From NCBI GenBank assembly GCA_963750165.1, contig CAVVPN010000003.1:1216001-1280000 (forward strand): a stretch of DNA of 64,000 nt, in the 5' to 3' direction. The translations under genes were made by a program, and so were the position numbers. Position 1 is the stretch's first letter; every line of letters starts with the position of its first letter. Below, piece by piece: positions 8,642 to 18,421 of the stretch. The DNA is from an uncultured Gemmataceae bacterium (GTDB taxonomy: Bacteria > Planctomycetota > Planctomycetia > Gemmatales > Gemmataceae). The notes beneath the pieces were generated by a model. It was given only the letters and a program-made list of their open reading frames with translations. It ran no database searches and was not told the DNA's origin.

Positions 8642-10023
8642 ATGAGGTGCTGTTTATTCGTTTGTCTCCTTGGGTTGCCGTGCTTGCTGGGCACCCTCGC
8701 GCCAGCCGTTGCGCAGCAGGGCGAACGGCCGCCGGACCTGCGCACGCGCAAGGCCGGTAGTGACTGGCCGAAGTTTCTGGGGCCGACCGGCGACGGTATT
8801 TCGCCAGAGAAGGGCCTGACCGTGCCATGGCCGAAAGAGGGGCCGCGCGTCGTGTGGCACCGGGAACTGGGCGCCGGCTACGGGGCGCCCGCCGTCAGCC
8901 GCGGCCGGCTGTTCGTGAGTGACCGCCACGAGGACCGCGTGCGACTGCAGTGCCTCAAGAGCGAGACCGGCGAGTTGCTGTGGAAGTTCGAGTATCCGAC
9001 CGACTACAAGGACAAATTCGGCTACAACAATGGGCCGCGCAGTTGCCCTGTGGTGGACGAGGACCGCGTGTACGTCTACGGCGCCGAGGGGATGTTGCAC
9101 TGCGTCCGGGCGGTGGATGGCAAGTTGGTCTGGAAGCGCGACACGCAGAAGGAGTTCGGCGTGGTGCAAAACTTCTTCGGTGTGGCCAGCGCGCCGGTGG
9201 TCGAGGGCGATCTGCTGATCGTGATGGTTGGCGGCAGTCCGAAGGACAGCGACGCGCAGGACTTCGAGAACCTGAAGGGCAACGGCAGCGGTGTGGTGGC
9301 GTTCGACAAGTACACCGGCAAGGTGCGCTACAAGATCACGGACGAACTGGCCAGTTACACGAGCCCCGTGCTGGCGACGATTCACGGCCGGCGCTGGTGC
9401 TTCGTGCTGGCGCGCGGCGGCCTGATCGGCTTCGAGCCGAAGAGCGGCAAGGTGGACTTCCACTTCCCGTGGCGCGCACCGACCTGGAGAGCGTCAACGC
9501 CAGCAACCCGGTGGTGGTTGAGGATCTGGTGTTCATTTCGGAGTGCTACGGGCCGGGCTCGGCGCTGCTGAAGGTGCGGCCGGGCGGCCATGACGTGGTC
9601 TGGAGCGACGCCAAAAAGGCGGTGCGCGACAAGAGCATGCAGACGCACTGGATGACGCCGATTTATGAGGGCGGTTACCTTTACGGCAGCAGTGGTCGGC
9701 ACCAGAGCGCGGACCTGCGCTGCATCGAACTGAAGACGGGCAAGGTGATGTGGAGGCAACCGCGGCTGACGCGCACGTCGCTGCTGCTGGTGGACCGGCA
9801 CTTCATTTGTTTGACGGAGGTGGGGCCGCTGCTGCTGTTCAAGGTGAACCCGCAGAAGTTTGAGCCGTTGTCGCTGGTGGAGATCAAGGAGAAGAAGGAG
9901 GAATTGCTGGAGGAGCCGTGCTGGGCGGCGCCGGTGCTGGCGCACGGCCTGATGTACGTGCGCGGCGCCCGGGGCCGCGACGAGGGGCGGTTGGTGTGCC
10001 TGGAGGTGATCCCGGCGAAGTGA
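8642..10023 (+). CDS. Secreted PQQ-like (BamB-type) beta-propeller protein; 1-nt frameshift at ~9480
   Basis: Signal peptide, DWPKFLGPTGDG, GPRSCPVV and ASYTSPV; after the frame change ESVNASNPVV...CWAAPVLAHGLMYVRG. Confidence 0.85.
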
Positions 10024-10043
10024 TCTTTTTACCGCGAACCCGG

Positions 10044-10096
10044 TTGGCCCCGTTTACGTTTCGCGCCGGCAGTGCGCGAGACGTAAACGGGGCCAA
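10044..10096. repeat. REP-like palindrome, family A (copy 2)
   Basis: TTGGCCCCGTTTACGTTTCGCGC...GCGCGAGACGTAAACGGGGCCAA. Confidence 0.85.
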
Positions 10097-10106
10097 GTTT
10101 TGCTCG

Positions 10107-10442
10107 TCAGATGAACTCGATCCGGTTCGTCAGCTCATCCGGCTCGTAGACTTCCCAAATCAGTTCCAGGGCCCGGATGATGTCCCCGATGGTGCGGGTG
10201 TTTTGGCGACAGTACCCGAGGCCGGCGTGGGCAACGCCCGCGGCAGCGAGTGCCAGAAAGTCGTCGTCTTCCGTGAAGATCACCCGACACTGAGCCAGGC
10301 CGAAAGCGATGTGGTCAGCATCTTCGGCCCCGAGAAGACCCACGTCCGTCGTGGTGGTCACGTCGATACCAAGGCGGCGAAGCCCGTCAGCCACCGCGTG
10401 TGGCACGTGCTCATCCAGGTGAAAGCGGATCGTCCGCGGCAT
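10107..10442 (-). CDS. DUF5615 family PIN-like protein (VapC45-like toxin)
   Basis: IRFHLDEHV, GLRRLGIDV, GAEDADH, RVIFTEDDDFL and HAG. Confidence 0.85.
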   Translation of the reverse strand: MPRTIRFHLDEHVPHAVADGLRRLGIDVTTTTDVGLLGAEDADHIAFGLAQCRVIFTEDDDFLALAAAGVAHAGLGYCRQNTRTIGDIIRALELIWEVYEPDELTNRIEFI

Positions 10443-10746
10443 CGTGCTCGGCCAGCCTTTCCTGGAGTTTGGACGGCCCCGCCCTGGCCTTCAACTCGGC
10501 GACCAACCGCTCTTCGTTTTCGATGTCCCGCTGAATTTCGTCACGATGCTCCTGGTAATACTCCAGCGCGGCGTGGACCTGGGCGAGCGTCAGGTGCGGA
10601 TACTCCGCCACCACCTGGGCAGGAGTCATCCCCATGCGCTCGACCCAGGTGTAGACGTGCTTGACCTTGATCCGCGTGCCGGCGATGCGCGGCTGCCCAC
10701 CACAGGTGCCGGGTGTCTTCACAATCATGGCGGTTGATGGTTCCAT
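10411..10746 (-). CDS. DUF433 domain protein (antitoxin)
   Basis: TPGTCGGQPRIAGTRIKV...YPHLTLAQVHAALEYY; overlaps the PIN gene. Confidence 0.9.
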   Translation of the reverse strand: MEPSTAMIVKTPGTCGGQPRIAGTRIKVKHVYTWVERMGMTPAQVVAEYPHLTLAQVHAALEYYQEHRDEIQRDIENEERLVAELKARAGPSKLQERLAEHDAADDPLSPG

Positions 10747-10828
10747 ACGCGCATTCTACCCGCCCGCCATTGGTTTCGCCATCAGACGTTAGCGCTCCCC
10801 TCCGCTGCTCAGCCGCCGCACGACGGCC

Positions 10829-11773
10829 TCACCGGCCGGTCGATTCCGTTTCCGCAGTCGGCGCCCAGAGACGGCGTACTTCCTCCGGGCTGTCCGCGGT
10901 TTCGAGAGCCTGGAGAATGGCCTCCAGTTTTTCTTCTTCGTGAATTTCATGAATCTCGGGCATCAACTTGAGCCCCGCTTCACCGAACCGCACCTTCAGG
11001 AGCGATTCAATGCCCCGTCGCAATCCCTTGCGGAGAGCGAGGCGCTCAATACTCGTGACGAACGGCATACGTTTCTCCTCTTGAAGCTTATCCAGTTCTT
11101 GCTGAAAAATTCCAGCTAGCGCCGGCGGCAATTCCATCAGCCAGTCGATCAAGCGGAACAATTCGCGCACATCCTGAGCGCTGAAGCCGCGCTCGTACAG
11201 GCCGCGCACCAACCGGAGCTTCCAGCCATGCCGGCCGACGGGATCGCCGCGCGTTTCGCGCGCCTTCAGGTGGGCCAGCACCACCGTGGCGAACGGGTTG
11301 GTGCTCGCCTCCAGCACGGCCTCGTGCGCCGCGAAGTCCAGCAGCTTGACGTGCTGGAAGCGAAGGCTGGCCTCGCAGTCGAACAGACTGCGGCGGTACT
11401 CGTCGGGTCGCCAATTGGGGTCGTCGTCGGCCAGCACCGCCAGGCTGGCCACCGGCCTATTGTAGCGGTCGAAGACGCGGTAGTTGTAGACGTACATGCG
11501 CAGCGGGAAGTCCGCGTCGCGCTCCGTCTGCACCTCGACATGGACCAGTACCCAGCACTCGACGCCGGCCTTCGTCCACACCTTGACCAGCTTATCGACG
11601 TAGCGCCGCCCCACCTCAGCCTCACGCACCACTTGCTGGAACTCCTTGTCCAGCGATTCATAACCGCGCGTCCAGTCGATCTGGGCATGCACTTTGGGGA
11701 ACAGTAGCGCCAGGAACGCCTCGAAGTAGCGGTCCAGCGCTTCCTTCCACGGGCTGTCATAGTCGGCGGACAC
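10829..11773 (-). CDS. Rpn/YhgA-like PD-(D/E)XK nuclease (recombination-promoting nuclease / transposase_31-like)
   Basis: DYDSPWKEAL, LDKEFQQ, RYVDKLVKV, LVHVEVQ, FPLRMYVYNYRVFD and RLIDWLMELP. Confidence 0.8.
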   Translation of the reverse strand: MSADYDSPWKEALDRYFEAFLALLFPKVHAQIDWTRGYESLDKEFQQVVREAEVGRRYVDKLVKVWTKAGVECWVLVHVEVQTERDADFPLRMYVYNYRVFDRYNRPVASLAVLADDDPNWRPDEYRRSLFDCEASLRFQHVKLLDFAAHEAVLEASTNPFATVVLAHLKARETRGDPVGRHGWKLRLVRGLYERGFSAQDVRELFRLIDWLMELPPALAGIFQQELDKLQEEKRMPFVTSIERLALRKGLRRGIESLLKVRFGEAGLKLMPEIHEIHEEEKLEAILQALETADSPEEVRRLWAPTAETESTGR

Positions 11774-12578
11774 GTTCGCTCTCCTTCGCGCTGGGGCCGG
11801 GAACCTCGGCCGTGCTCAACCGCCGCACGACGTTGACGTAGGGCTCCAGAAAACTCACCACCAGAATCTCCTTCTCCGACATCTTCTCGCGCAGCACGCG
11901 CTCCGAGAAGGTGCGCACCAGGTAACCGAAGATGAACAACGCACAGTCGTCCATCCAGCGCGTCACCCGTTTGGCCACGGCGTTGAAATGCTGGCGAGCG
12001 TACTCCACGTGGTCGGCCGGCCAGTGACTGTACTCGGCCAGGAACGCCTCGCGCTCGCCCATCGACCAGGCGCTGCGCTCGTCGGCGATGATGCCGCGGT
12101 TCACCAGCCAGCGGCACAAACACTGAAACATGTCGTGCAGCGCCGGCGGCGTCTGGGCTTGCACATCCGCGGCGCGGTCGAAGTGGAACACCAACCGCAC
12201 CACCTGCGTGCTCTCCTCCATGACCTCGCCGCTGTCCGGGTTGAAGTAGACGCCGTCCACCGCGTAGAGCGAGTAGCCGCGGAAGACGCTCTCATACATG
12301 CCGATGCGCTTGACCGCGTGCCGTTTGCTGAGCGGCTGCGGTGGCACGCCGCTGTCGCGGTCGTACTGGTCCGGGTCGAGCAGATGCGGCCATTGCTTCA
12401 ACTCGATCAGCAGGTCGGCGGCGCGGGCCTTCAGGTACGCCTGCACCTGGTCGGCGTGGAAACCGGCGCGCAGCGCGTCGAAGATGGCGCCCTGATAGGC
12501 GGCCTTCTTGGGGAAGTAGATTTCGGAGTAGAAGCCGGGGTCGCTGCGGTGGAAGACGTAACGGGTCGAAGGGGGCAT
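11757..12578 (-). CDS. Hypothetical protein (about 273 aa)
   Basis: Long ORF with GC3 bias and GAGGA RBS; stop overlaps the start of the Rpn gene; no motif recognised. Confidence 0.7.
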   Translation of the reverse strand: MPPSTRYVFHRSDPGFYSEIYFPKKAAYQGAIFDALRAGFHADQVQAYLKARAADLLIELKQWPHLLDPDQYDRDSGVPPQPLSKRHAVKRIGMYESVFRGYSLYAVDGVYFNPDSGEVMEESTQVVRLVFHFDRAADVQAQTPPALHDMFQCLCRWLVNRGIIADERSAWSMGEREAFLAEYSHWPADHVEYARQHFNAVAKRVTRWMDDCALFIFGYLVRTFSERVLREKMSEKEILVVSFLEPYVNVVRRLSTAEVPGPSAKESERVRRL

Positions 12579-12833
12579 GGGTTCCTCTTGCACTGCCGCG
12601 ACGGTTATTGACCTGCTCCGATCAATGTATCAATTACCCTCGAATAGATGACTCCTTTCCTCAACGAGGAGGACCACGGCTGAACCCCCGGGCGCGGCCA
12701 ACGCTTGTGCGCGGCGCCGCCGCCGGGTACAACACAGGCACCATTCGGCGTCCACGGGACCGTGGACCGCCATTCCCCAGGGGCACGCGCCGGCACGGAG
12801 CGCCGACCGCGCCACCCCAGCACGGAGTGTCCC

Positions 12834-14570
12834 ATGTTCAGAAGTTTGGCCGTCGTCGCGCTGTGTGTGCTCCCGGCCACCGCCGCCCAGGACAAGGCGA
12901 TGGTGCCCAAGGGCGTCTGGGCGGTGCCCTGCGTCATCATCGCGGTACACCCGGCCGCCCTTGAGGTGGCTCTCGATCCCCAGAAGTTCCCCAGCCCTGT
13001 CGAGCGACCCTTCAAGCTCAAGGTCACCAGGGAAACTCAGCTGGAGCAACTCGACGTGCCGGGGCCGGACGGCAAACAGGTCCTGACCACCCGGCCCATC
13101 AAACTGACCGACCTGCAGCCGGAGCAACCGCTCAGCGTCATCTTTTTTTCCGACGGCAAAGACCTGACGCTGTTGCGCGGCGTGGCGTCGGGCCCCAGCC
13201 TCAGCGGCAAGGACCTGCCGATCTTCGTCGATAAGCTGGGCGGCAAGGTCAAACGCCACAACTGGAAGGATAAGGTCTCCTACACCGTGGACCTGAAGGG
13301 AACCAAGGTCACCGACGCGGACCTGCGCCTGCTCGCCCCGATGCGGGGTCTGGCCACGCTCGATCTGGCGTTCACGGCCGTGACCGACAAGGGCATCGCT
13401 CATCTGGCCGGCGCGGAGGACCTCAGCAGCCTGGACCTCACCGGCACCAGGGTGACCGACGCGGCCGTCCCGCACCTGCGGCAGATCCCCAACTTGCACA
13501 CGGTCCAGTGTCCGCTCACGGCCATCACGGACAAGGGCGTGAGCCAGCTGGTCCAGGACATGAGTTTAACCGTGTGTCGGGCCAGCCGTGGGGACAAGGC
13601 GCACTACCGCGTCCACCAGAATTACGAGAAAGGCGAGTTGAAATTCAACTACCTGATGATCGGCGACACCTACTTCGGCAGCTACCTGGTGGGCAAGATG
13701 GAATTGCCGCCGGACTTCCGGCCCCAGAACCTGCGCCGCGAGGCGACGACCTACTACCACCGTCACGGCCCCGTCGGCCAGGTGCTGGCCAAGCTGGAAT
13801 GGTTCAAGCCCGCCGGCGTCGTGGACTATCCCTCCGATGTCCGCCTGCCCGCGTCGCTGGTGGCACTGTCGGCGCCGTTCTATGTTCGGCAGATGCAGCT
13901 GCTGCCGACGCTGGGCACCGAGCCGGCCATCGGCGTGGTGCGGCTCAACGTCGGCACCGCCGCTGCCTACGGCCGGCCTGGGCAGCACATCCACTTCTAC
14001 AACAGCACGCCCGAGATCAAGGCGCTGACGCTGCCGCCCAAAGGCCAGGTATACTTCGGCTATATTCAGGACGCCCGGAAGCGCGGCGTTCAGGTGAAGG
14101 TGATTGACGGCCCGGAGCGCGCGACGCTCAGCAAGAAAGCCCCGAAAAAGTATTACAGCGCCCTGTTCATCGACCTGGCGCGAACCGACCTGCGCGACAT
14201 CATGACGGAGTTCATGACGCAGGAGGCGCTGGCGGATCTCATGGGCACCTTGACGGAGACAGGCGTCGTGGGCTTCCACACGTCGCACCGCTACCAGGAT
14301 CTCCGGCTGCCGATCATCGATGCGGCCAAGGCCCTGAACCTGGCCTGGAAGGTGGGCAAGGACACGGGGGACCGCGTACAGAACCCGAACCACTTCGGCT
14401 CCGAGTGGGTGATGGTGGTGCGCAAGGCGGAGTACCTGCAACACCTGACAAACGTCCAGGAAAAGGAGCGGAGCCTGACCTGGACGGTCCCCGCCGCCAC
14501 GGGCAAGCATCTCTGGCGCGACGGCCAACCCCAGGACCTCAAATCGTTGACCCGGCCGCCGGCGAAGTGA
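12834..14570 (+). CDS. Secreted protein with leucine-rich repeats and a degenerate spermidine-synthase-like C-terminal domain
   Basis: Signal peptide; LDLAFTAVTDKGIAHL and LDLTGTRVTDAAV repeats; TTYYHRHGPVGQV, IGVVRLNVGTAAAYG and FHTSHRY. Confidence 0.72.
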   Translation: MFRSLAVVALCVLPATAAQDKAMVPKGVWAVPCVIIAVHPAALEVALDPQKFPSPVERPFKLKVTRETQLEQLDVPGPDGKQVLTTRPIKLTDLQPEQPLSVIFFSDGKDLTLLRGVASGPSLSGKDLPIFVDKLGGKVKRHNWKDKVSYTVDLKGTKVTDADLRLLAPMRGLATLDLAFTAVTDKGIAHLAGAEDLSSLDLTGTRVTDAAVPHLRQIPNLHTVQCPLTAITDKGVSQLVQDMSLTVCRASRGDKAHYRVHQNYEKGELKFNYLMIGDTYFGSYLVGKMELPPDFRPQNLRREATTYYHRHGPVGQVLAKLEWFKPAGVVDYPSDVRLPASLVALSAPFYVRQMQLLPTLGTEPAIGVVRLNVGTAAAYGRPGQHIHFYNSTPEIKALTLPPKGQVYFGYIQDARKRGVQVKVIDGPERATLSKKAPKKYYSALFIDLARTDLRDIMTEFMTQEALADLMGTLTETGVVGFHTSHRYQDLRLPIIDAAKALNLAWKVGKDTGDRVQNPNHFGSEWVMVVRKAEYLQHLTNVQEKERSLTWTVPAATGKHLWRDGQPQDLKSLTRPPAK

Positions 14571-14585
14571 CAGGATCTCTTGCCG

Positions 14586-14625
14586 CGGCTTGCCGCCTGG
14601 CGGGGGAGCGCCAGGCGGCAAGCCG
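14586..14625. repeat. REP-like palindrome, family F
   Basis: CGGCTTGCCGCCTGGCG / CGCCAGGCGGCAAGCCG between convergent genes; half copy near 59133. Confidence 0.8.
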
Positions 14626-14635
14626 AAGCAAAGCC

Positions 14636-16141
14636 TCAATATCCCTCCCAGCCCAGCGCCTCGAAGAAGGCATACAGCCACGGATGCCGCCACGGATTCA
14701 TCACCGCGTAACTCACCGACATCACCGACACCGCCAGCAACAGATACGCCACACCGCGGCCCCAGCGACTTTGGCCCAGGCGGTCCGCCACCGGCAGCAT
14801 CGTCAGCAGCCACAATGGCGACAGCCACATCAGCCAGCGCAGCCCCGTCGTCCAGCCGCCGTAGTTGACCGTGCGGTTCGTCAGGTAAAAGCCCAGCACC
14901 ACCACGCTCACCAGCAGCGTCCCCAGTGCCAGCAGCCGCCGGTTGCCGCGGCGCTCGTCGTCGGCGCCGAGGCGGCGCAGCAGCACCAGCACCATGCCGG
15001 CGAACGCCAGAATCCAGATCGGCGACAGCGAAAAGATGCCGTGATGGCCGATCAAACAGTTCAGGATGTACTCCGCCCGACTCTCGCGCTGACCGGCCCA
15101 GTCGATGCCGCGCTTGACCTGGCCGGCGGCGGGCGGCAGCCAGTGACTGCCGGCGTACTCGTACCAGGGGCCGCCGAACTCGCTGTACGCCGGCCGCCAC
15201 ATGCCGACCGCGAGGTAGTTCGTCAGGAAGAACGCAACGGCCGGGATCAGCGCCGCCGGCACGAACCACATCAGCGTCAGCCGCGGCAGCCGCCACAGCA
15301 ATACCAGCCCCAGGAACGCTGCGAACGCCGCCGCCGGCAGTTCGTTGGTGATCGTGAACGCCGTGAAGAAGCCGGACACCGCGAGGCAGATGGCGTCACG
15401 TCTTTCTTGCTCCCCTCCCCCCCCAGGGGGAGAGAGGGGAGCAGAACGGCGCTCCCACACGACCAGCGCGGGGTACAGCGCGAACAGCACACAGCACGTC
15501 GCGACACTGTGGTTGTTGAGCGTCACCGCGAACGGCGTCAGCAACGTCGCGAACGCCGCCGCGGTCAGGACGTACAGCCGCCCCCAGTCCGTCGTGCCGT
15601 AGCGGTCCAGCAGCCGGCTCAACAGGTACAGATAAATCACGAACGGCACCAGGTTCACCAGCACCAGGATGATGCGCACCACCGCGAACGGCTGCGTCAA
15701 CAGCGACAGGCCGCACTGCAACAGCAGCCAGTACACGCCCGCCACCAGCGTGGACAGCAGCGGCGGCTTGCTCGAATAGAACTCCAGCGTGTCCGGCCGC
15801 AGCACCTTGTCCACCGTTCCCCAGCCGTCCTGCGTCACCAGGCCGGTGTCGTAGTAACCGCCGTCCGGCAACAGCACACGCTGGCCGATGACGTAGGTGC
15901 CCTTCGTCGCCAGTTCCTGGATGGTACACCAGCGCGAGCGGTCGTTGGAGCTGAAGGTCGGCATCGGCGGCGGCACGCGCGGCGGCCACTTGCGCTTGTG
16001 GCCCGGCTCGTCCGCGTTCTGGTACAGCGACGGCTCGTAGAGCAGCTCCGCGGCGCAGATGCGACCGAACATCATGGCCGCGGCCACGGTGATGAGCAGC
16101 GTGTACAGCGAGCGAGGCGACAGGGTGAGCGTGGCGGTCAT
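14636..16141 (-). CDS. Polytopic membrane protein, probable GT-C-type glycosyltransferase
   Basis: About 11 TM segments, luminal SSNDRSRW and YSSKPPLL motifs, NYGG...GLRW; ATGA-coupled to the upstream GT2 gene. Confidence 0.65.
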   Translation of the reverse strand: MTATLTLSPRSLYTLLITVAAAMMFGRICAAELLYEPSLYQNADEPGHKRKWPPRVPPPMPTFSSNDRSRWCTIQELATKGTYVIGQRVLLPDGGYYDTGLVTQDGWGTVDKVLRPDTLEFYSSKPPLLSTLVAGVYWLLLQCGLSLLTQPFAVVRIILVLVNLVPFVIYLYLLSRLLDRYGTTDWGRLYVLTAAAFATLLTPFAVTLNNHSVATCCVLFALYPALVVWERRSAPLSPPGGGGEQERRDAICLAVSGFFTAFTITNELPAAAFAAFLGLVLLWRLPRLTLMWFVPAALIPAVAFFLTNYLAVGMWRPAYSEFGGPWYEYAGSHWLPPAAGQVKRGIDWAGQRESRAEYILNCLIGHHGIFSLSPIWILAFAGMVLVLLRRLGADDERRGNRRLLALGTLLVSVVVLGFYLTNRTVNYGGWTTGLRWLMWLSPLWLLTMLPVADRLGQSRWGRGVAYLLLAVSVMSVSYAVMNPWRHPWLYAFFEALGWEGY

Positions 16142-17172
16142 GACGGCGTTTCTTGGGGTGTGGGGCGCACCTCGGCGGGGGGGCCGTTGAGGTCCGCGGG
16201 CGGGGCGGTGCGCTCGGCGATGCTGAAGTGATCCTCCTCGCGCACCATCAAGGAGGCCATCATCTCCGCCAGCAGGCCGATGGACATCAGCTGCGCCCCC
16301 AGCAGCAGCGCCGCGACGGCGTAGACCAGCAGCGGCCGCTCGTGAACCGGCAGGAACAGCGTCGGGTCGAACAGCCGCACCACCCAGGTGCCGGCCAGGT
16401 ACAGCATGCCGAGCGCCCCCACGGCGAAGCACACCAGACCGACGCCGCCGAGCATGTGCTGCGGCCGCTGACCGAAGCCCGTCAGGAACTTGACCGTCAG
16501 CAGGTCGAGGAAGCCCTTGAAAAAGCGCCGGACGCCGTACTTGCTGTGGCCGTGCAGCCGCGGCCGATGGTTGATCTCGATCTCGCCGACACGGAAGCCG
16601 CGCGCCGCCGCCAGCACCGGAATGAAGCGGTGCATCTCGCCGTAGAGCCGCACCTCGCGGAAGACCTCGGCGCGGTACGCCTTCATGCCGCAGTTGTGGT
16701 CGTGCAATTTGACGCCCGTCAGCCAGCTAACCATCGCGTTGAACACACGGCTCGGGTAGACCTTGTGCCAGGGGTCCAGCCGCCGCCGCTTCCAGCCGCT
16801 CACCACGTCCAGCGGCCCGTGATTGCCCCCGTGAACTTCGCCGTCGTACAGGCCGCGCAGGAAGCGCGGTATCTCGGCGGGGTCGTCCTGCAGGTCGGCG
16901 TCCAGTGTCAGCAGGGTGTCACCGCGGGCGGCGCGGATGCCGGCAGTCAGCGCCGCCGCCTTGCCGAAGTTGCGGCGAAAGCGGATGCCGTGGACGTTCG
17001 CGTGCTGCCGGGCCAGCTCGCTGATGACCTGCCATGAACCGTCACGGCTGCCGTCATCGACGAGGATCACCTCCACGTCAAGGCGGTTGCCGCGGGCGCT
17101 GCGCACGATCTCCTCATGCAGCGCCGGCAGGCTGTCGCGCTCGTTGTACACAGGGATCACCAGCGAAATCAC
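16138..17172 (-). CDS. Glycosyltransferase family 2 (polyprenol-phosphate glycosyltransferase, ArnC/GtrB-like)
   Basis: SLVIPVYNE, VDDGSRD, RRNFGKAAAL, LDADLQDDP, HDHNCGMKAYR and two C-terminal TMs; GTG start overlaps the upstream TGA. Confidence 0.9.
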   Translation of the reverse strand: MISLVIPVYNERDSLPALHEEIVRSARGNRLDVEVILVDDGSRDGSWQVISELARQHANVHGIRFRRNFGKAAALTAGIRAARGDTLLTLDADLQDDPAEIPRFLRGLYDGEVHGGNHGPLDVVSGWKRRRLDPWHKVYPSRVFNAMVSWLTGVKLHDHNCGMKAYRAEVFREVRLYGEMHRFIPVLAAARGFRVGEIEINHRPRLHGHSKYGVRRFFKGFLDLLTVKFLTGFGQRPQHMLGGVGLVCFAVGALGMLYLAGTWVVRLFDPTLFLPVHERPLLVYAVAALLLGAQLMSIGLLAEMMASLMVREEDHFSIAERTAPPADLNGPPAEVRPTPQETPS

Positions 17173-18167
17173 GGCCGCCCCTTCCACCAGAACAGCACCG
17201 CCGCCAGCACCAGTTCTGCCGCCGTCCACGTCAACCGCAGCAGCAGCGCCACCAACGTCGCCAGGCCGCGGCCCAGGGGCTCCTCGACCGCCAGCGTCGG
17301 CGCCAGGAACAGTTCCAGCACCAGCTCGCGGACGCCGATGCCGCTCGGCACCACCAGCGCCAGAAAGCCGGCGACGTAACCCAGGCTGATCGACGCGGTG
17401 TAGCGCGCCCACACACCCGGCGTCAGCGGCGGCGGCTCCGGCACCACCGCCCACGCCAGCGCCCAGACGCTCACGCCCAGCAAACACCACCCCAGTCCCG
17501 TCACCAGCAAACCCAGCGCCACCGTCCGCGCCCGCAACTGCGGCAGCTGGAACGACTCCACCGTCTGGAAGCGCCGGCCCAGCCGGGCCAGCAGCCGGTT
17601 GAACACCGCCGGCAGCAGCGGCACGCCCAGCAGCGCCAGCAACGCCGCACCGAGCAGCACCGGGTGGACCTCCAGCCCGTCGCCGAGCGGGATGGAGCGC
17701 AGCCGGTCATCGGTCGCGGTCAGCGCCGGCAGCGCGAACAGCACCACCGCCAGCAGCGCCCCGGACGCCATCGTCGTCAGCACCTCAATGGTGGCGCTGA
17801 TGAGGGCGACGCCGACACGCACCTCCGCCCCGGGGACGCGGACCAGCTGGCCGCGCAGCAGGATCGCCAGCGCCTTACCAGGGACGTACTTGCCCAGATG
17901 GCTCAGGTAGTACGCCCGGAACGTCGGCAGCAGCCACGGCCCCTCGCCGAAGACGCGGAGCAGGTGGAACCAGTACCACGCCGAGCCGGCCAGGCCCGCC
18001 AGGTACAGCACCGCCGACAGCAGCAGCCAGGCGGGCTGCACCGTCAGCGTGGCCAGGTCGAGGCGGCCCAGGTTGACGGCGAATTCGCGGCCGACGAACG
18101 CCAGGATCGCCACCGCCAGCAGGGCCTTGACGAGCGGCCAGCCCCAGCGCCTTCGCCATGCGTTCAT
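17169..18167 (-). CDS. Lysylphosphatidylglycerol-synthase TM-domain (UPF0104) flippase-like protein
   Basis: YYLSHLGKYVPGK and PSGIGVRE motifs; multiple TMs. Confidence 0.85.
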   Translation of the reverse strand: MNAWRRRWGWPLVKALLAVAILAFVGREFAVNLGRLDLATLTVQPAWLLLSAVLYLAGLAGSAWYWFHLLRVFGEGPWLLPTFRAYYLSHLGKYVPGKALAILLRGQLVRVPGAEVRVGVALISATIEVLTTMASGALLAVVLFALPALTATDDRLRSIPLGDGLEVHPVLLGAALLALLGVPLLPAVFNRLLARLGRRFQTVESFQLPQLRARTVALGLLVTGLGWCLLGVSVWALAWAVVPEPPPLTPGVWARYTASISLGYVAGFLALVVPSGIGVRELVLELFLAPTLAVEEPLGRGLATLVALLLRLTWTAAELVLAAVLFWWKGRP

Positions 18168-18251
18168 GCTGGCACATTGTACGGCCCGTGCCGGCCAGCG
18201 TCCCTGGATCGGAAAAGGAGGTACAATAGCAGAAAGGCATGCGCTGTCTGG

Positions 18252-18312
18252 GTTCGTAGTTCCGCCTTCAGGCGGTCTTCGCCAAAACCCGCCTGAAGGC
18301 GGAACTACGAAC
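18252..18312. repeat. GTAG-type REP doublet, family G
   Basis: GTTCGTAGTTCCGCCTTCAGGCGG / CCGCCTGAAGGCGGAACTACGAAC; half copy at 27733-27751. Confidence 0.85.
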
Positions 18313-18421
18313 GAAGAAGAGCAGCGGCCGGAACTTTTTGGCCGGCGCCGCGGTCTATTGAAGAGAGGGCCGCCGGCAGCCCCTTCCCAGCGTTCGCGTT
18401 GACGGTGAAAGGACAGGTGCC

